NCBI GenBank assembly: GCA_964429815.1
Contig: CAYSCM010000001.1
Span: 416,001 to 480,000, forward strand
DNA from: an uncultured Candidatus Saccharibacteria bacterium
GTDB lineage: Bacteria; Patescibacteriota; Minisyncoccia; Phycocordibacterales; CAYSCM01
Direction: 5' to 3'
DNA length: 64,000 nt
The notes under the pieces were generated by a model that saw only the letters and a list, made by a program, of their open reading frames with translations, did no database searches and was not told the DNA's origin. The translations under genes and the position numbers were made by a program. Of this stretch, positions 15,900 to 26,366 are shown in pieces (positions within the stretch are counted from its first letter, which is position 1; each line of letters opens with the position of its first letter).

Positions 15900-16295
15900 C
15901 TATTGTAAAACCTTTTCGAGTTTACTCGGAAGCGCGGGGTATGCAAACGGATAGTTTTGAAGCTCAGCGATCGAGACAAATGCATACTCCTGGTGCTCGT
16001 GGCTAAGTTTTAGTTGCGATAGGTCTTTGATTTGAACATCAAACACGACCGCGTACGTAAGCCCTGATGTACTAATGTCGACATCCACAATTTTATTCAT
16101 CCCGCCCACTTCGAGATCGGTCTCTTCTCGCGTCTCTCTCTGTAGTGCTTCAAAACATCCCTTATCGCGATGCTCCATGCGGCCGCCGGGCAGCATCCAA
16201 CCGTTTTTATTTTTCAAAATCAAAATTTTACCGTCCCCACTTCGGATGATTGTCTGCTGGCTGATGAAATGAGGTTTGTGATCGGTTTGATTCAT
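15900..16295 (-). CDS. NUDIX hydrolase
   Basis: Nudix box GGRMEHRDKGCFEALQRETREETDLEV. Start set to ATG 16295 because the track ORF N-terminus overlaps tRNA-Cys; the AUG lies 5 nt after the tRNA-Cys 3' end. Confidence 0.7.
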   Translation of the reverse strand: MNQTDHKPHFISQQTIIRSGDGKILILKNKNGWMLPGGRMEHRDKGCFEALQRETREETDLEVGGMNKIVDVDISTSGLTYAVVFDVQIKDLSQLKLSHEHQEYAFVSIAELQNYPFAYPALPSKLEKVLQ

Positions 16296-16299
16296 GTAG

Positions 16300-16374
16300 T
16301 GGAGGCCCAGACCGGAATCGAACCGGCGCATCGCGGTTTTGCAGACCGCTGTGTTACCACTTCACCACTGGGCC
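16300..16374 (-). tRNA. tRNA-Cys (anticodon GCA), CCA encoded
   Basis: Acceptor GGCCCAG/CUGGGCC, anticodon stem GCGGU/ACCGC with loop CUGCAAA, T-loop UUCGAUU, 3' UCCA. Confidence 0.85.
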
Positions 16375-16379
16375 AAGTA

Positions 16380-16712
16380 TTACTTTTCGCTATCTTCCTC
16401 GACAAGGCGATCTAGACGTTGCCGATTCCTTTCGCCCTGGTCAAGTGTAACACTAAGCGACGGTACCCTCGCGATGCGGGATTCCTTGGCAACGTACGTG
16501 CGAAGGTCGCCGAGGTTGCGCTTTAAGAATGCGAGTGCGGGTTTTTCTTTTTCCGTCGGAAACACGGTGACAAAAATAGTCGCGTACTTAAGGTCGGGGC
16601 TAAGTTGTATGCGCGTCACCGTAATAAGCGACGTGCGGTTGCTCTCCGAGGCTATATAACGACCGATAACGGTTCGAAGCTCCTCGCTCACTTTTTCCTG
16701 GCGCTCGCTCAT
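16380..16712 (-). CDS. rbfA: ribosome-binding factor A
   Basis: 110 aa. SLITVTRIQLSPDLKYATIFVTVF matches the RbfA KH-like core. TAATG overlap with the infB stop. Confidence 0.75.
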   Translation of the reverse strand: MSERQEKVSEELRTVIGRYIASESNRTSLITVTRIQLSPDLKYATIFVTVFPTEKEKPALAFLKRNLGDLRTYVAKESRIARVPSLSVTLDQGERNRQRLDRLVEEDSEK

Positions 16713-18214
16713 TAGCGTTTGACGACGACAAAGCTCTGGAGTTCGTCTCCGGGCATTATTTCAATCTTTGATTGCACTTCGGCGCCGAATTCTCCATCGG
16801 TTACCTTCTTTACATCAACTTTCTGCTGCTGGAGGTTGGTGATTTTACCCTTGCCGACCTCGAGCTTTTGGCGAATAATCTTTACCTGATCGCCGAGCGC
16901 GATGGCTCCTTCCTCCATCCGCGCGCCGATAACGTGCTTGTCCTTAGTCGTATTGAATTTTCGCAGCACTTTGAGACGAGCAGAGCTTTCTTCGACGTCG
17001 ACCTTCGGCGCGGCCGTGGTCAGTTTTTCAGCGAGCCACTCGGAGAGTTTGTAGATGATATCGAAAGTCGCTACTTCGACGCCATCGCGTTCCGCCAAAA
17101 TTTTCGCCGCCGACTCGACCGGGGAATTGAACCCGACAATAATGCCCTTTTCCGTACCAAGGGCCTTTACGTCGGCCTCGGAGACGGGTCCGACACCGCG
17201 CTCTACGATCTTCATAGTGATGCGTTCGTGGGAGAATTTCGCAAGCTCATGCTCGATGGCTTCAAGCGAGCCCGCGGTGTCCGCTTTTATTACGATAGGC
17301 AGCCGAAGTTTTTCACCCTCCGACGCGCTCACCGGAGTTTTCTTTTTCATGGCGAGACGTTCGGTCTTGGTTATTTCCTCGGCCTCCTTTTTCTTTTCGA
17401 CCGCTGTGAAGGGCGAGCCGACCTCGGGGAGTTCGCTCCAGCCGATGATGCGCGCGGGGGTGCCTGCAACGATCTTCTTTGCGGGCTTTCCCAAAAAATT
17501 TTCCATAATACGAACGGGGGAGTATGCCGCCCCCGCGATCACAAAGCTGCCGCTCGCCAAGGTACCGTCTTTGACGATAAGGGTCGCTGCGATGCCGCGC
17601 TTGGGGTCGCGGTGCGCTTCGATGACAACCCCGGAGGCAGGCGCGCGCGGATCTGCTCGAAGCTCTGCGAGGTCGGCGACGAGGAGAAGAATGTCGAGAA
17701 GTTGCGGAATACCCTCGCCCGATTTCGAAGAAATGGGAACGTACGGTACATCGCCACCCATGCCTTCAAGATAGATTTCATTCTCAATCAAATTTGCTTT
17801 GACGCGTTCGACGTTGGCGTTTGGCTTATCGATCTTGGTGATAGCGACGACGAAGGGACGCTTAGCGTCTCTGATCGATTTGAGCGCTTCGAGCGTCTGC
17901 GGTTTTACGCCGTCCTCTGCGGATACCACAAGGATGGCAATGTCGGCAGCATCCGCGCCGCGCGAGCGCATTTTTACGAACGCCTCGTGGCCGGGCGTGT
18001 CGAGGAAGGTGATCGTGCGCAAAGCGCCTTTCTCACCCTTATGCGTGACCTCGTACGCAGAGAGGTGCTGCGTTATGCCACCCGCCTCTTTTTCGACGAC
18101 GTTTGTTTTACGAAGGTAATCGAGAAGTGTCGATTTGCCGTGGTCGATGTGTCCCAACACGGCGATAACAGGAGCTCGCGTTGAAAGGGAAATAGCTTGT
18201 GTCGTTTTTTCCAT
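16712..18214 (-). CDS. infB: translation initiation factor IF-2 (short form lacking the long N-terminal region)
   Basis: GTP-binding [29 protein letters not shown], and the C-terminal IF2 domains. 500 aa. Confidence 0.9.
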   Translation of the reverse strand: MEKTTQAISLSTRAPVIAVLGHIDHGKSTLLDYLRKTNVVEKEAGGITQHLSAYEVTHKGEKGALRTITFLDTPGHEAFVKMRSRGADAADIAILVVSAEDGVKPQTLEALKSIRDAKRPFVVAITKIDKPNANVERVKANLIENEIYLEGMGGDVPYVPISSKSGEGIPQLLDILLLVADLAELRADPRAPASGVVIEAHRDPKRGIAATLIVKDGTLASGSFVIAGAAYSPVRIMENFLGKPAKKIVAGTPARIIGWSELPEVGSPFTAVEKKKEAEEITKTERLAMKKKTPVSASEGEKLRLPIVIKADTAGSLEAIEHELAKFSHERITMKIVERGVGPVSEADVKALGTEKGIIVGFNSPVESAAKILAERDGVEVATFDIIYKLSEWLAEKLTTAAPKVDVEESSARLKVLRKFNTTKDKHVIGARMEEGAIALGDQVKIIRQKLEVGKGKITNLQQQKVDVKKVTDGEFGAEVQSKIEIMPGDELQSFVVVKR

Positions 18215-18231
18215 ACAAAACGTGATGAAAT

Positions 18232-18711
18232 CTACTTGTCGCCGAGATACTCTTTAGCATCTTTGATCGCTGCCTTCTCTTCGTCGGTAAGCTCGTAGGA
18301 GGAGCTGCCTTTTTGGAGCGGCTTTCCAAACACACTCATACGATCCCTACTCCAGAGTGTCGAGAGGATCATGCCGTCTCCATCTTCGTTGAGGAATGCG
18401 GTAGCAAAGCTCTGAAATCCTCCCTCGCCGGTTCCCTTAAAAGGATTGAAGCGGATGGTTTTCACACCCTGCACGGCACGTCGGAGTCTTCGCTCGACGC
18501 GCGAGAGATATTTCTCCATCTCATCCTGCCACTCCCGCATCTCGATGAGCGACTTACCATGCTCGGCGATCGCGGACTCAAGGTCGGCGCCTTTCTTTCC
18601 GCGCGTGAGGCGATGAAGTCGCATTTCGAGGCGAATGATCCACAGCGTCGCGATGATGAGTGCGCCCGTAAGAATAAGAAGAAGCGTCGTGGTTTCAAAA
18701 GGAGCGGTCAC
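18232..18711 (-). CDS. DUF4446-like membrane-anchored protein
   Basis: N-terminal TM, coiled segment, then IRFNPFKGTGEGGFQSFATAFLNEDGDGMILSTLWSRD, the DUF4446 signature region. Confidence 0.55.
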   Translation of the reverse strand: MTAPFETTTLLLILTGALIIATLWIIRLEMRLHRLTRGKKGADLESAIAEHGKSLIEMREWQDEMEKYLSRVERRLRRAVQGVKTIRFNPFKGTGEGGFQSFATAFLNEDGDGMILSTLWSRDRMSVFGKPLQKGSSSYELTDEEKAAIKDAKEYLGDK

Positions 18712-18776
18712 GGCATAGCCATACTACACGCGGGGGACGCTTTTGCAAAACGGCACTCCCTGCGTAGAATGGCGCA

Positions 18777-19982
18777 ATGGTTTGGTTTCTGCGCCGAAAA
18801 GCGCCAGCATTGAAGCGAGTATACCTCGACTACGCATCGACTACGCCGGTCGACCCGCGCGTCAGCGCGGCCATGGCGCCATACCTTTCGGAGACCTTTG
18901 GGAATCCGAGCTCGCAGCACGAAGAGGGATTCGCGGCTCGCGACGCGCTCGCTATATTTCGCCGATCCATCGCGCGCACGATAGAGGCGCACGCGGACGA
19001 GATAACGTTCACCGGAAGCGGCTCGGAAGCAAACAATCTCGCCATTCTCGGTCTTGCGCGCGCGCTTGAGAGGAAGGGAAGAAAACTCTCCGACATGCAT
19101 GCCGTCGCCTCGGCCATCGAGCATCCCTCCGTGCTCGAGTGCCTTGCCAAGCTTCGTCGGCGGAGTCTCTCGGTCACTTTGGTGCGCCCCACCAAGGAGG
19201 GCATCGTAACGGCAGAGGCGATCGTGAAAGAGCTTACGGAGAGGACGGTGCTCGTTTCGGTTGGGCTCGTAAACGGCGAGATAGGGACGATCGCGCCATT
19301 GCGCAAGATCTCTCAGGTGCTCAGGGCCCGGAAGGGGGAGACGATCTACCTCCATACGGATGCGTCACAAGCGCCGCTCTACCTGTCGCTTCTTGTCGAT
19401 TCCCTTGGCATCGACCTCATGACGGTTGATGCACAAAAAATCTATGGACCCAAGGGCGTAGGGTTCCTCTACCACAAGCGCGGCGTGCCGCTCTCGCCAC
19501 AAACTCTCGGCGGTTCGCAAGAGTCGGGGCTACGCGCCGGCACTGAGCCGCTCTCGCTCATCGCGGGGCTCGCGACGGCACTTCGCCTCGCTCAGGAAGG
19601 GTGGAAAGAGCGTCGCGAGAGTACCATGTCGCTGCGTGACTATCTTATAGAAGGGTTGGAAGCGCGCATTCCCAAGGCTGTTCTCAACGGAAGCCGCAGC
19701 AAGCGCGTCGCGAACAACGTCAACATGTCGTTTCCAGGGATGGACGGAGAGTATCTGGCGGCGCTTCTCAATGCCGCGGGCTTTGCGGTCGCGACCAAAA
19801 GCGCATGCCTTAACAGAGAGCGTGTCTCCTACGTTATCGAGGCGTTGGGAGCGGACGAGGCCCGCTCTTCATCGGCGATTCGCATCACTCTTGGTATACA
19901 TGTAGGTCATGGGGAGCTCAATGCGTTCCTCAAATCACTCGCGACGATCGTTGCAAAATTTGACAAATCGCCTCAAAAGTGA
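18777..19982 (+). CDS. cysteine desulfurase (class V aminotransferase, IscS/NifS-like)
   Basis: VYLDYASTTPVDPRV...TGSGSEANNLAI...HTDASQA...MTVDAQKIYGPKGVGFLY (PLP-Lys region) and a C-terminal Cys loop (ATKSACLNRE). Confidence 0.85.
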   Translation: MVWFLRRKAPALKRVYLDYASTTPVDPRVSAAMAPYLSETFGNPSSQHEEGFAARDALAIFRRSIARTIEAHADEITFTGSGSEANNLAILGLARALERKGRKLSDMHAVASAIEHPSVLECLAKLRRRSLSVTLVRPTKEGIVTAEAIVKELTERTVLVSVGLVNGEIGTIAPLRKISQVLRARKGETIYLHTDASQAPLYLSLLVDSLGIDLMTVDAQKIYGPKGVGFLYHKRGVPLSPQTLGGSQESGLRAGTEPLSLIAGLATALRLAQEGWKERRESTMSLRDYLIEGLEARIPKAVLNGSRSKRVANNVNMSFPGMDGEYLAALLNAAGFAVATKSACLNRERVSYVIEALGADEARSSSAIRITLGIHVGHGELNAFLKSLATIVAKFDKSPQK

Positions 19983-20059
19983 CACGATGACGACATCGGT
20001 GCGCACTCCGTAAACGCTAGCAGTTGTAGAGGGAAGCGGCCCGGCTTACAATATTTCCA

Positions 20060-20905
20060 ATGAATATCGAAGAACTCACGAAAACCCAGCTCATTCTCCT
20101 CACGCTCCTCGTGGCCTTCGTGACCTCGATCGCGACCGGCATCGTGACCGCTTCGCTTCTCCAGGAAGCCCCGCAAACTCTCACCCAGACCATCAACCGC
20201 GTCGTTGAGCGCACGGTAGAGCGGGTCGTTCCCGACACCTCGACCGCTGCGGCGACCGTCGCCAAGGAAAAAGAGACGACCGTGGTCGTCAAAGAGGATG
20301 ACCTTGTGACGAGTGCCATCGCTAAAAACAGCGCCTCGCTCGTGCGCCTCACGCGCCACATTCCAAACGGCGGCACGGAGGAGTTCTCCTTTGCCGCGAT
20401 CGGCGTCATTCTCACGAAAGACGGGCTCGTGGCGACCGACGATGCGCAAATAAGCGCCGGCGGCTCCTATATAGCTTTGCTTCCGGACGGAACCCAGGTG
20501 AACGCTAAGGTAGTTACGGAGGGTGCGGGCCCGATAGCCCTTCTGTCCCTCGATATGACCTCCGCGACGACGACCAAGCTCACGCCCATCACGATCGGCG
20601 GCTCGGATTCGCTCAAACTCGGACAATCCATCGTCGGGCTCTCTGGGCGCGAGCGCACCACAGTCGCGACCGGCATCATTTCGGGCATCATCTCCGGAAA
20701 GGGCGGTACACCGGCCTTCATCGAAACCACAGTCGGGGGGCTCGCCGCCGGCGCGCCCGTCATAAACGTCTTCGGTGACGTTGTCGGGCTTTCGACCGGA
20801 AATTCACGCGAACACGACCCGTCTACGTTCACACCGGGCTCGGTCATCAGTGCCGAGCTCAAGAGCCTCTCCGGCACGGCGACGAGCACCCAAACAGGGA
20901 CTTAG
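20060..20905 (+). CDS. trypsin-like (S1C/DegP-fold) domain protein, apparently lacking catalytic His and Ser; N-terminal TM
   Basis: Fold-level resemblance to HtrA proteases (AIGVILTKDGLVATDDAQI; TVGGLAAGAPVINVFGDVVGLS). The canonical TNxHV and GNSGGP motifs are replaced. Confidence 0.4.
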   Translation: MNIEELTKTQLILLTLLVAFVTSIATGIVTASLLQEAPQTLTQTINRVVERTVERVVPDTSTAAATVAKEKETTVVVKEDDLVTSAIAKNSASLVRLTRHIPNGGTEEFSFAAIGVILTKDGLVATDDAQISAGGSYIALLPDGTQVNAKVVTEGAGPIALLSLDMTSATTTKLTPITIGGSDSLKLGQSIVGLSGRERTTVATGIISGIISGKGGTPAFIETTVGGLAAGAPVINVFGDVVGLSTGNSREHDPSTFTPGSVISAELKSLSGTATSTQTGT

Positions 20906-20923
20906 CACGTAAAAGAAATTACC

Positions 20924-23602
20924 ATGCCTCCATTCAGCAATTTCACAACTAAAGCGCGGGAAGCTATCCGGAAAGCACACGAACTCGCCATCGAGCGGGG
21001 GCAAAACCATGTGAACCCGCTCCACCTCCTCGCGGCCCTCGCTCTCCAAGAGGAGTCGATGGTCTTTTCCATTCTTGAAAAACTCGACATCGATACGATA
21101 CTCCTCACTGACTCCGTGCTCGAAGCGCTCGAAACGCCCGAAAACGCCTCGGTGCTCTCACCCTCTTACCAACTCTACCTGACGCCGGAGTTCGCACAGG
21201 TGCTTGAGAGCTCGACCAAGATCGCAGGGAACCTCGGGGAGAATTTCGTCTCGACCGAGCACCTCTTCGTCGGCATCATCGACAATCCGGGCCCGGCCCG
21301 CGACGTCCTTTCGCGCTTCAAGCTCGACCGCACCAGTGTCCTTAACGTTCTCTCGGAGCTTAAAAACAGCAAGGTCGCTGAGACGAAAGAGCCCAAGCGC
21401 TTCCGTGCACTCGGCAAATACACGCGCTCGCTCACCAAGCTCGCCGCGGAGAATAAGCTCGACCCGGTCATCGGCCGCGACAGTGAAATAAACCGCGTCA
21501 TTCAGATAATTTCCCGCCGTACGAAGAATAACCCGATCCTCATCGGCGAGGCCGGCGTGGGAAAGACGGCCATCGCGGAGGGTCTCGCTCAGCGCATCGC
21601 GAGCGGCGACGTTCCGGACTCTATTCGTGAAAAAGAGCTTCTCTCGCTCGATCTCGGGCTCCTCATCGCCGGCACTAAGTATCGTGGTGAGTTCGAGGAG
21701 CGTCTCAAGAATGTTATGAAAGAGGTGGAACGCGCGGAAGGGAAGGTCATTCTCTTCATCGATGAGCTTCACACGATCGTCGGTGCTGGGGCCGCTGAGG
21801 GCGCCATGGATGCTAGCAATATGCTCAAGCCCGCTCTTGCGCGCGGCGAGCTTCGTGTTGTCGGGGCGACGACTCTCAAGGAGTATCAAAAGCACATCGA
21901 ACGCGATCCGGCGCTTACGCGACGCTTCCAGCCGATCTACGTCCAAGAGCCGAGCCTCGACGATGCTATCGCCATTTTGCGGGGTCTCAAGGAGAAATAC
22001 GAGCTTTTCCATGGCGTGCACATCACCGATGACGCCATCGTCGCGGCGGCACAGCTCAGCTCCCGCTACATCAGCGATCGCTATCTCCCCGACAAAGCCA
22101 TCGACCTCATCGACGAAGCCGCTTCCGGACTGCGCATATCGCTTGAGAACAAGCCTCCCATCCTCGAAGAAGCCCATCGGAAAATCTTGCGCCTCGAAAT
22201 AGAGAAGGAAGCGCTCAAAAAGGATGTCGAAGCAGGCACCAATTCCGCCAAAAATCGCGTTAAGAAAATAGACAAAGAGATCGCCGACCTCAAGGAGAAA
22301 ACTTCCGAGCTCTCGCTCAAGTGGAGCAACGAAAAGGCGACCCTCGGGGAAATAAAGGAGGCAAAAAAGACGCTCGAGAGTTTGCGCGTCGAAGCGGACG
22401 CTGCGGAAGCGCGCGCCGACCTCGCCCGTGCGGCCGAGATCCGTTACGGCCGCATCCCGAACCTCGAAAAGGACCTCGATGCAAAAAGCAAGCGCCTCAA
22501 GAAGCTCCAGAGCTCGCGTCGCATACTTAAGGAAGAAGTCACTGAGTCCGATATCGCCTCGGTCGTCGCGCGTTGGACCGGCATTCCGGTCGCCCGCATG
22601 CTCGAGGAGGAGGCCGCGAAGCTCTCTCGCATGGAGGAGGAGCTCAGGAAGCGCATCATCGGCCAGGACGATGCCGTGAAGCGCGTCGCGGACGCCGTGA
22701 AGCGCTCACGTGCCGGCATCTCCGACCCCCACCGCCCCATAGGCTCTTTTCTCTTCCTTGGCCCCACCGGAGTGGGAAAGACCGAGCTCACCAAGGCGCT
22801 TGCTGAGTTTATGTTCGACGACGAGAAAGCTCTCATCCGCGTCGATATGTCGGAGTATATGGAGCGCCACGCGGTCTCTAAGATCATCGGGGCTCCTCCG
22901 GGCTACGTCGGGCACGACGAAGGAGGCTCGCTCACGGAGATGATCCGTCACCGACCGTACTCGGTGGTCCTCTTCGATGAGATAGAGAAGGCTCACCCGG
23001 AGGTCTTCAACATCCTTCTCCAAGTGCTCGACAACGGCCGCCTCACGGACGCAAAAGGACGCGTGGTGAACTTCAAAAACACCATAATCATCCTCACGAG
23101 CAACATCGGTGCCGAATTCATGGACAAAGGGAGCTCTATCGGCTTTGCCGCGAAGGGGGGCGAGGTTGCCGAATACGAGCAGATAAAAGAGAAAGTGACG
23201 GGCCGCCTCAAGGATTACTTCCGTCCCGAGTTCATCAATCGCCTCGACGAGATCATCAACTTCAACATTCTTTCGCAGGAAGCTATAGCCAATATCGTAA
23301 AGCTTCAGGTCGAGGTCGTGCGCAAGCGGCTCCTCGAAAAAGAAATCGAGCTCGAGATTGCGCCGGAGGTTTATGCCTACCTCGGCAAGGAGGGCTATAA
23401 CCCGCAGTATGGTGCTCGACCACTGAAGCGCTTGATCCAGAACAAAATTCTCACCCCCATTGCCTCACTTATGGTGTCCCACGGAGTCATGGAAGGAGGT
23501 CTTATCTCGATCGGCCTCAAGGGCGAAGAGTTTACCTTCGAGGTAAAGAAAGGGAAGATCCGCTCGCACTTCTCGGCAAAGAAGCAAAAAGCCACAGCAT
23601 AG
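20924..23602 (+). CDS. clpB: ATP-dependent chaperone ClpB
   Basis: Clp N-domain repeats, two AAA+ modules ([15 protein letters not shown]; [15 protein letters not shown]), long coiled-coil middle domain. 892 aa. Confidence 0.92.
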   Translation: MPPFSNFTTKAREAIRKAHELAIERGQNHVNPLHLLAALALQEESMVFSILEKLDIDTILLTDSVLEALETPENASVLSPSYQLYLTPEFAQVLESSTKIAGNLGENFVSTEHLFVGIIDNPGPARDVLSRFKLDRTSVLNVLSELKNSKVAETKEPKRFRALGKYTRSLTKLAAENKLDPVIGRDSEINRVIQIISRRTKNNPILIGEAGVGKTAIAEGLAQRIASGDVPDSIREKELLSLDLGLLIAGTKYRGEFEERLKNVMKEVERAEGKVILFIDELHTIVGAGAAEGAMDASNMLKPALARGELRVVGATTLKEYQKHIERDPALTRRFQPIYVQEPSLDDAIAILRGLKEKYELFHGVHITDDAIVAAAQLSSRYISDRYLPDKAIDLIDEAASGLRISLENKPPILEEAHRKILRLEIEKEALKKDVEAGTNSAKNRVKKIDKEIADLKEKTSELSLKWSNEKATLGEIKEAKKTLESLRVEADAAEARADLARAAEIRYGRIPNLEKDLDAKSKRLKKLQSSRRILKEEVTESDIASVVARWTGIPVARMLEEEAAKLSRMEEELRKRIIGQDDAVKRVADAVKRSRAGISDPHRPIGSFLFLGPTGVGKTELTKALAEFMFDDEKALIRVDMSEYMERHAVSKIIGAPPGYVGHDEGGSLTEMIRHRPYSVVLFDEIEKAHPEVFNILLQVLDNGRLTDAKGRVVNFKNTIIILTSNIGAEFMDKGSSIGFAAKGGEVAEYEQIKEKVTGRLKDYFRPEFINRLDEIINFNILSQEAIANIVKLQVEVVRKRLLEKEIELEIAPEVYAYLGKEGYNPQYGARPLKRLIQNKILTPIASLMVSHGVMEGGLISIGLKGEEFTFEVKKGKIRSHFSAKKQKATA

Positions 23603-23664
23603 GTGGGGTTTGTAAAAAGAAAGCCGCCCAATGTGGGACGGCCTTTAGTCGGTCATCACGATGC

Positions 23665-24156
23665 CTAAAGTGGTACAGCTTCGTGAGCGATGTTCTCCAT
23701 GAAGTTTGAATCGCGGTGGGGGAGTAGACATTGGAGTGTCGACAGATTCTGCCTCCAGTTTGGAGGAAAGCAGAATATATCGAGGACTCCACAGTAGTGA
23801 GCGCTCAGTTTGTAAATGAGGTCATCGGCCGTGGGGCCAAAGGTATCACGAAGAAGTTCTCTCCAGGCCCCGAAGTCTTCATGTTGGAAGGTGGGATCTT
23901 GGTTGTCGTCGTAGTCATCGAGATCGCTGATTTCAAACGAGGTCCATCGCGTCTCGACCCCAGCTGCTATGTGAGCAGCTTCCTGGCGTTTTGCGACAAA
24001 AAAATGGGCAGCGATAAAATCTGGGACGGTCAGGATGATGTCAATATCGCCACCCCTTCCTTCGCGCGCGATGCTACCGAACAACTCTACCGATTGCACG
24101 TATGGACAACTGCGCAGTACCTCGGCCACCTTTTTTGCGTCCGCAAGTGTAGGCAT
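23665..24156 (-). CDS. nucleotidyltransferase-domain protein (Pol-beta superfamily, MNT-like) with about 100-aa C-terminal extension
   Basis: VELFGSIAREGRGGDIDIILTV is the GS-x9-DxD NTase motif. Strong SD (AAGGAGGCUAGC-AUG). No HEPN partner adjacent. Confidence 0.6.
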   Translation of the reverse strand: MPTLADAKKVAEVLRSCPYVQSVELFGSIAREGRGGDIDIILTVPDFIAAHFFVAKRQEAAHIAAGVETRWTSFEISDLDDYDDNQDPTFQHEDFGAWRELLRDTFGPTADDLIYKLSAHYCGVLDIFCFPPNWRQNLSTLQCLLPHRDSNFMENIAHEAVPL

Positions 24157-24263
24157 GCTAGCCTCCTTACATGTTCATTCTCTGAAAAATATTATATCAA
24201 TAAAAATTTAAAATGTCAAAGCTCGCCAGCGAGGGATTTTAAAAAGACAAAAAAAATGCTAGC

Positions 24264-24347
24264 CTAGCTTCGCGCGTCGGTGGCGGAGTGGTCAATCGCA
24301 CCTGACTGTAAATCAGGCGGCTTTATGCCTACGGGGGTTCGAATCCC
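24264..24347 (+). tRNA. tRNA-Tyr (anticodon GTA), type II
   Basis: Acceptor GCGUCGG/CCGGCGC (one U-G), anticodon stem CCUGA/UCAGG with loop CUGUAAA, long variable arm CGGCUUUAUGCCUAC, T-arm GGGGG-UUCGAAU-CCCUC. No encoded CCA. Confidence 0.8.
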
Positions 24348-24489
24348 TCCCGGCGCACTACGTGACAAGTACTCTAAATAAGAGTACTGTTAAGAGCAGA
24401 GTACCTGTAGCGCGACGCTGCAGGTGCGTTCCTAGGGCAAGCGTGATGCTTGTCTAACAATACGGCGCGATGCCGTAAGGAGTAGTACC

Positions 24490-24915
24490 ATGAGACGTTC
24501 GAATGTTGACGCAATTTATGCGGAAAATCCCTTTCTGTCGAAAGTGATCGCGAGAGTCAAGGTTCCAGATGCGCAGGTGAAGCGCTGGAACGAAGATTTC
24601 CTCGGCAGCACACCCGACACCTACCCTGATTCAGGAACTGAAAAGATTTACCTGATCGACGGACAAGGCAACAAGATCGTACGCGTGGGAAGTCTTTCTG
24701 ATCGAATCACTGGATTCTTTGGACTCCACCAGAACAGCGAAACGGTCGGACAGGCCTTAGCGCGTATCGGCGACAAAACTCGCCAGGTGCAGTACGCGGT
24801 CGGAGAGTGGAACGGGAGGGTCATTTTGTGGAAACTCCCGAACGGCTACAACAACGCAGCCGATTGGTTGAGGTCGCGGATTGCGGAAGCTCGGGCTGAG
24901 CTGAAAGCATCCTGA
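24490..24915 (+). CDS. hypothetical protein (141 aa), lower GC than neighbours
   Basis: Strong SD (taAGGAGtagtacc-ATG). Followed by two intrinsic terminators. No recognisable domain. Confidence 0.45.
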   Translation: MRRSNVDAIYAENPFLSKVIARVKVPDAQVKRWNEDFLGSTPDTYPDSGTEKIYLIDGQGNKIVRVGSLSDRITGFFGLHQNSETVGQALARIGDKTRQVQYAVGEWNGRVILWKLPNGYNNAADWLRSRIAEARAELKAS

Positions 24916-24940
24916 TCAACCTACCAGAATAATTGTTTGA

Positions 24941-24973
24941 CCCCAGGCAATCCGGCCTGGGGTTTTATGTTTT
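24941..24973 (+). terminator. intrinsic terminator
   Basis: ccccagg-caatccgg-cctgggg, then ttttatgtttt. Confidence 0.65.
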
Positions 24974-25013
24974 CTGATCTAAAACCATTCCGATATCGTT
25001 CCATACGGCGCAC

Positions 25014-25055
25014 CAAAACAAAAACCCACAGCGAAAGGCTGTGGGTTTTTGTTTT
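25014..25055. terminator. bidirectional intrinsic terminator
   Basis: A-tract, cccacagc-gaaag-gctgtggg, then tttttgtttt. Confidence 0.6.
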
Positions 25056-25073
25056 GGCTCTATACTTAACTCA

Positions 25074-26366
25074 ATGAGCAAAAAGCTCGCCTTCTTTATA
25101 TTTATTGTGTCTGTCGTTGCCGTGTTGGTCGCGACAGCAGTGCAGACATCCGCGGCTCCCATCGTGCCGCAGGTATCCGCCCAGCCCGGCTCTGTTGAAG
25201 GCGGTCCGCTTCGCGCCTGCGACCTCCTCACCCTCTACAACAACATCCTCCGGTTCGGGATCTATGCTGCGACGGTTATTGCGACCCTCATGCTTACCTA
25301 CGCGGGCTTCCTCTACATCACCTCCTCGGCCAAGATAGGAAACATTGAAAAGGCACACGGGATTTTTACCAATGTCATCATCGGCTTCATCATTGTCCTC
25401 GTCGCGTGGCTTATCGTCTCGACTCTTTTGCGCGTGTTTACCGCGCAATCGAACTACAATCCGTTCGCCGCGATACAGTGCAATGTTGAAACACCGACGA
25501 CGACGCGCAACGTCACCCCTGCCGGATTTGAAACACAGTCCTATTCTGACTATCCCACCGGTCTTCCCGCCGGAGAGGTTCCGGTGTGCCTCACCGCCGA
25601 TAGCGACAGCAATTGCACCACCTACGCTTCCATCGGGCTGCAAGACTCGACCCTTCTTGAGTGCCAGGATCCCGGAGCAACCGGCGAGCAGTACTGTTGC
25701 TCGATGACTAACGCCGACGGCTCATGTAAGCTAGCGGTCACGGTCGGGCCAAATGGCCAACCTTCCTACAACAACGATGTGGGTGAGAATCTCTACGTAA
25801 ATCCGAATGTGGGGCTCACTGGCGTTGCCCCGACAGAAGGTATTTGCTCCCCGGATGCGCTCCAGAGCGTGTGGGGAGATAACGCCGCAACCGCTGGGTG
25901 CATATGCGCTTCAGAAAGTGGTGGGGGGCTCTACAACGGCATTACGGGCCCGCGCACGGACGTCATGCTCATCGATCAACAGCAGCCAGATGGTTTTTAT
26001 CCAGGTTTTTCGGCATGCCCATTCCAGCTCAACGTCACGAGCCTTCCGGCACAATATGGTGGATGTGGCGCGTATACCTGCAATACCAACACACAGGCGT
26101 GTATGATAAACGGTGTATTAACGCCACCCAATCCCACGAAATGCGATACAAATGTATCAGCCTATGAGCAAACCCTTGGATACAAGGAAGGGGCTCTGAG
26201 TCGAAACGGAGGCTATTGCCATGTGATAACCAATCAACCCGCCTTTAACTCCTGCGTGCAAAACCTTCTTACACCCGGGGGATGTGCCAAGGGAGCTCAA
26301 TATCTTCTTGCCAATGGCGGCTGGGCGCACTGGAGTACGAGCGCTAAAAAATGCCGAGCTATATGA
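25074..26366 (+). CDS. pilin-like (TrbC/VirB2-type two-TM domain) N-terminus fused to a large Cys-rich extracellular domain
   Basis: Start set to ATG 25074 (MSKKLAFFIF); the track start 25041 lies within the terminator. Signal peptide, then LRFGIYAATVIATLMLTYAGFLYITS...NVIIGFIIVLVAWLIVSTLLRVF, then about 300 aa rich in Cys/Gly/Thr/Asn. The N-terminal domain is paralogous to 26920-27813. Confidence 0.5.
   Translation: MSKKLAFFIFIVSVVAVLVATAVQTSAAPIVPQVSAQPGSVEGGPLRACDLLTLYNNILRFGIYAATVIATLMLTYAGFLYITSSAKIGNIEKAHGIFTNVIIGFIIVLVAWLIVSTLLRVFTAQSNYNPFAAIQCNVETPTTTRNVTPAGFETQSYSDYPTGLPAGEVPVCLTADSDSNCTTYASIGLQDSTLLECQDPGATGEQYCCSMTNADGSCKLAVTVGPNGQPSYNNDVGENLYVNPNVGLTGVAPTEGICSPDALQSVWGDNAATAGCICASESGGGLYNGITGPRTDVMLIDQQQPDGFYPGFSACPFQLNVTSLPAQYGGCGAYTCNTNTQACMINGVLTPPNPTKCDTNVSAYEQTLGYKEGALSRNGGYCHVITNQPAFNSCVQNLLTPGGCAKGAQYLLANGGWAHWSTSAKKCRAI

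Noticed and set aside
16772-18184. 470-aa plus-strand ORF
   Set aside because: Antisense to infB. Arg-rich composition typical of a GC-rich antisense frame.
21158-22177. 339-aa minus-strand ORF
   Set aside because: Antisense to clpB.
23731-24267. 178-aa plus-strand ORF
   Set aside because: Antisense to the nucleotidyltransferase gene, which has the NTase signature, and it runs into tRNA-Tyr.
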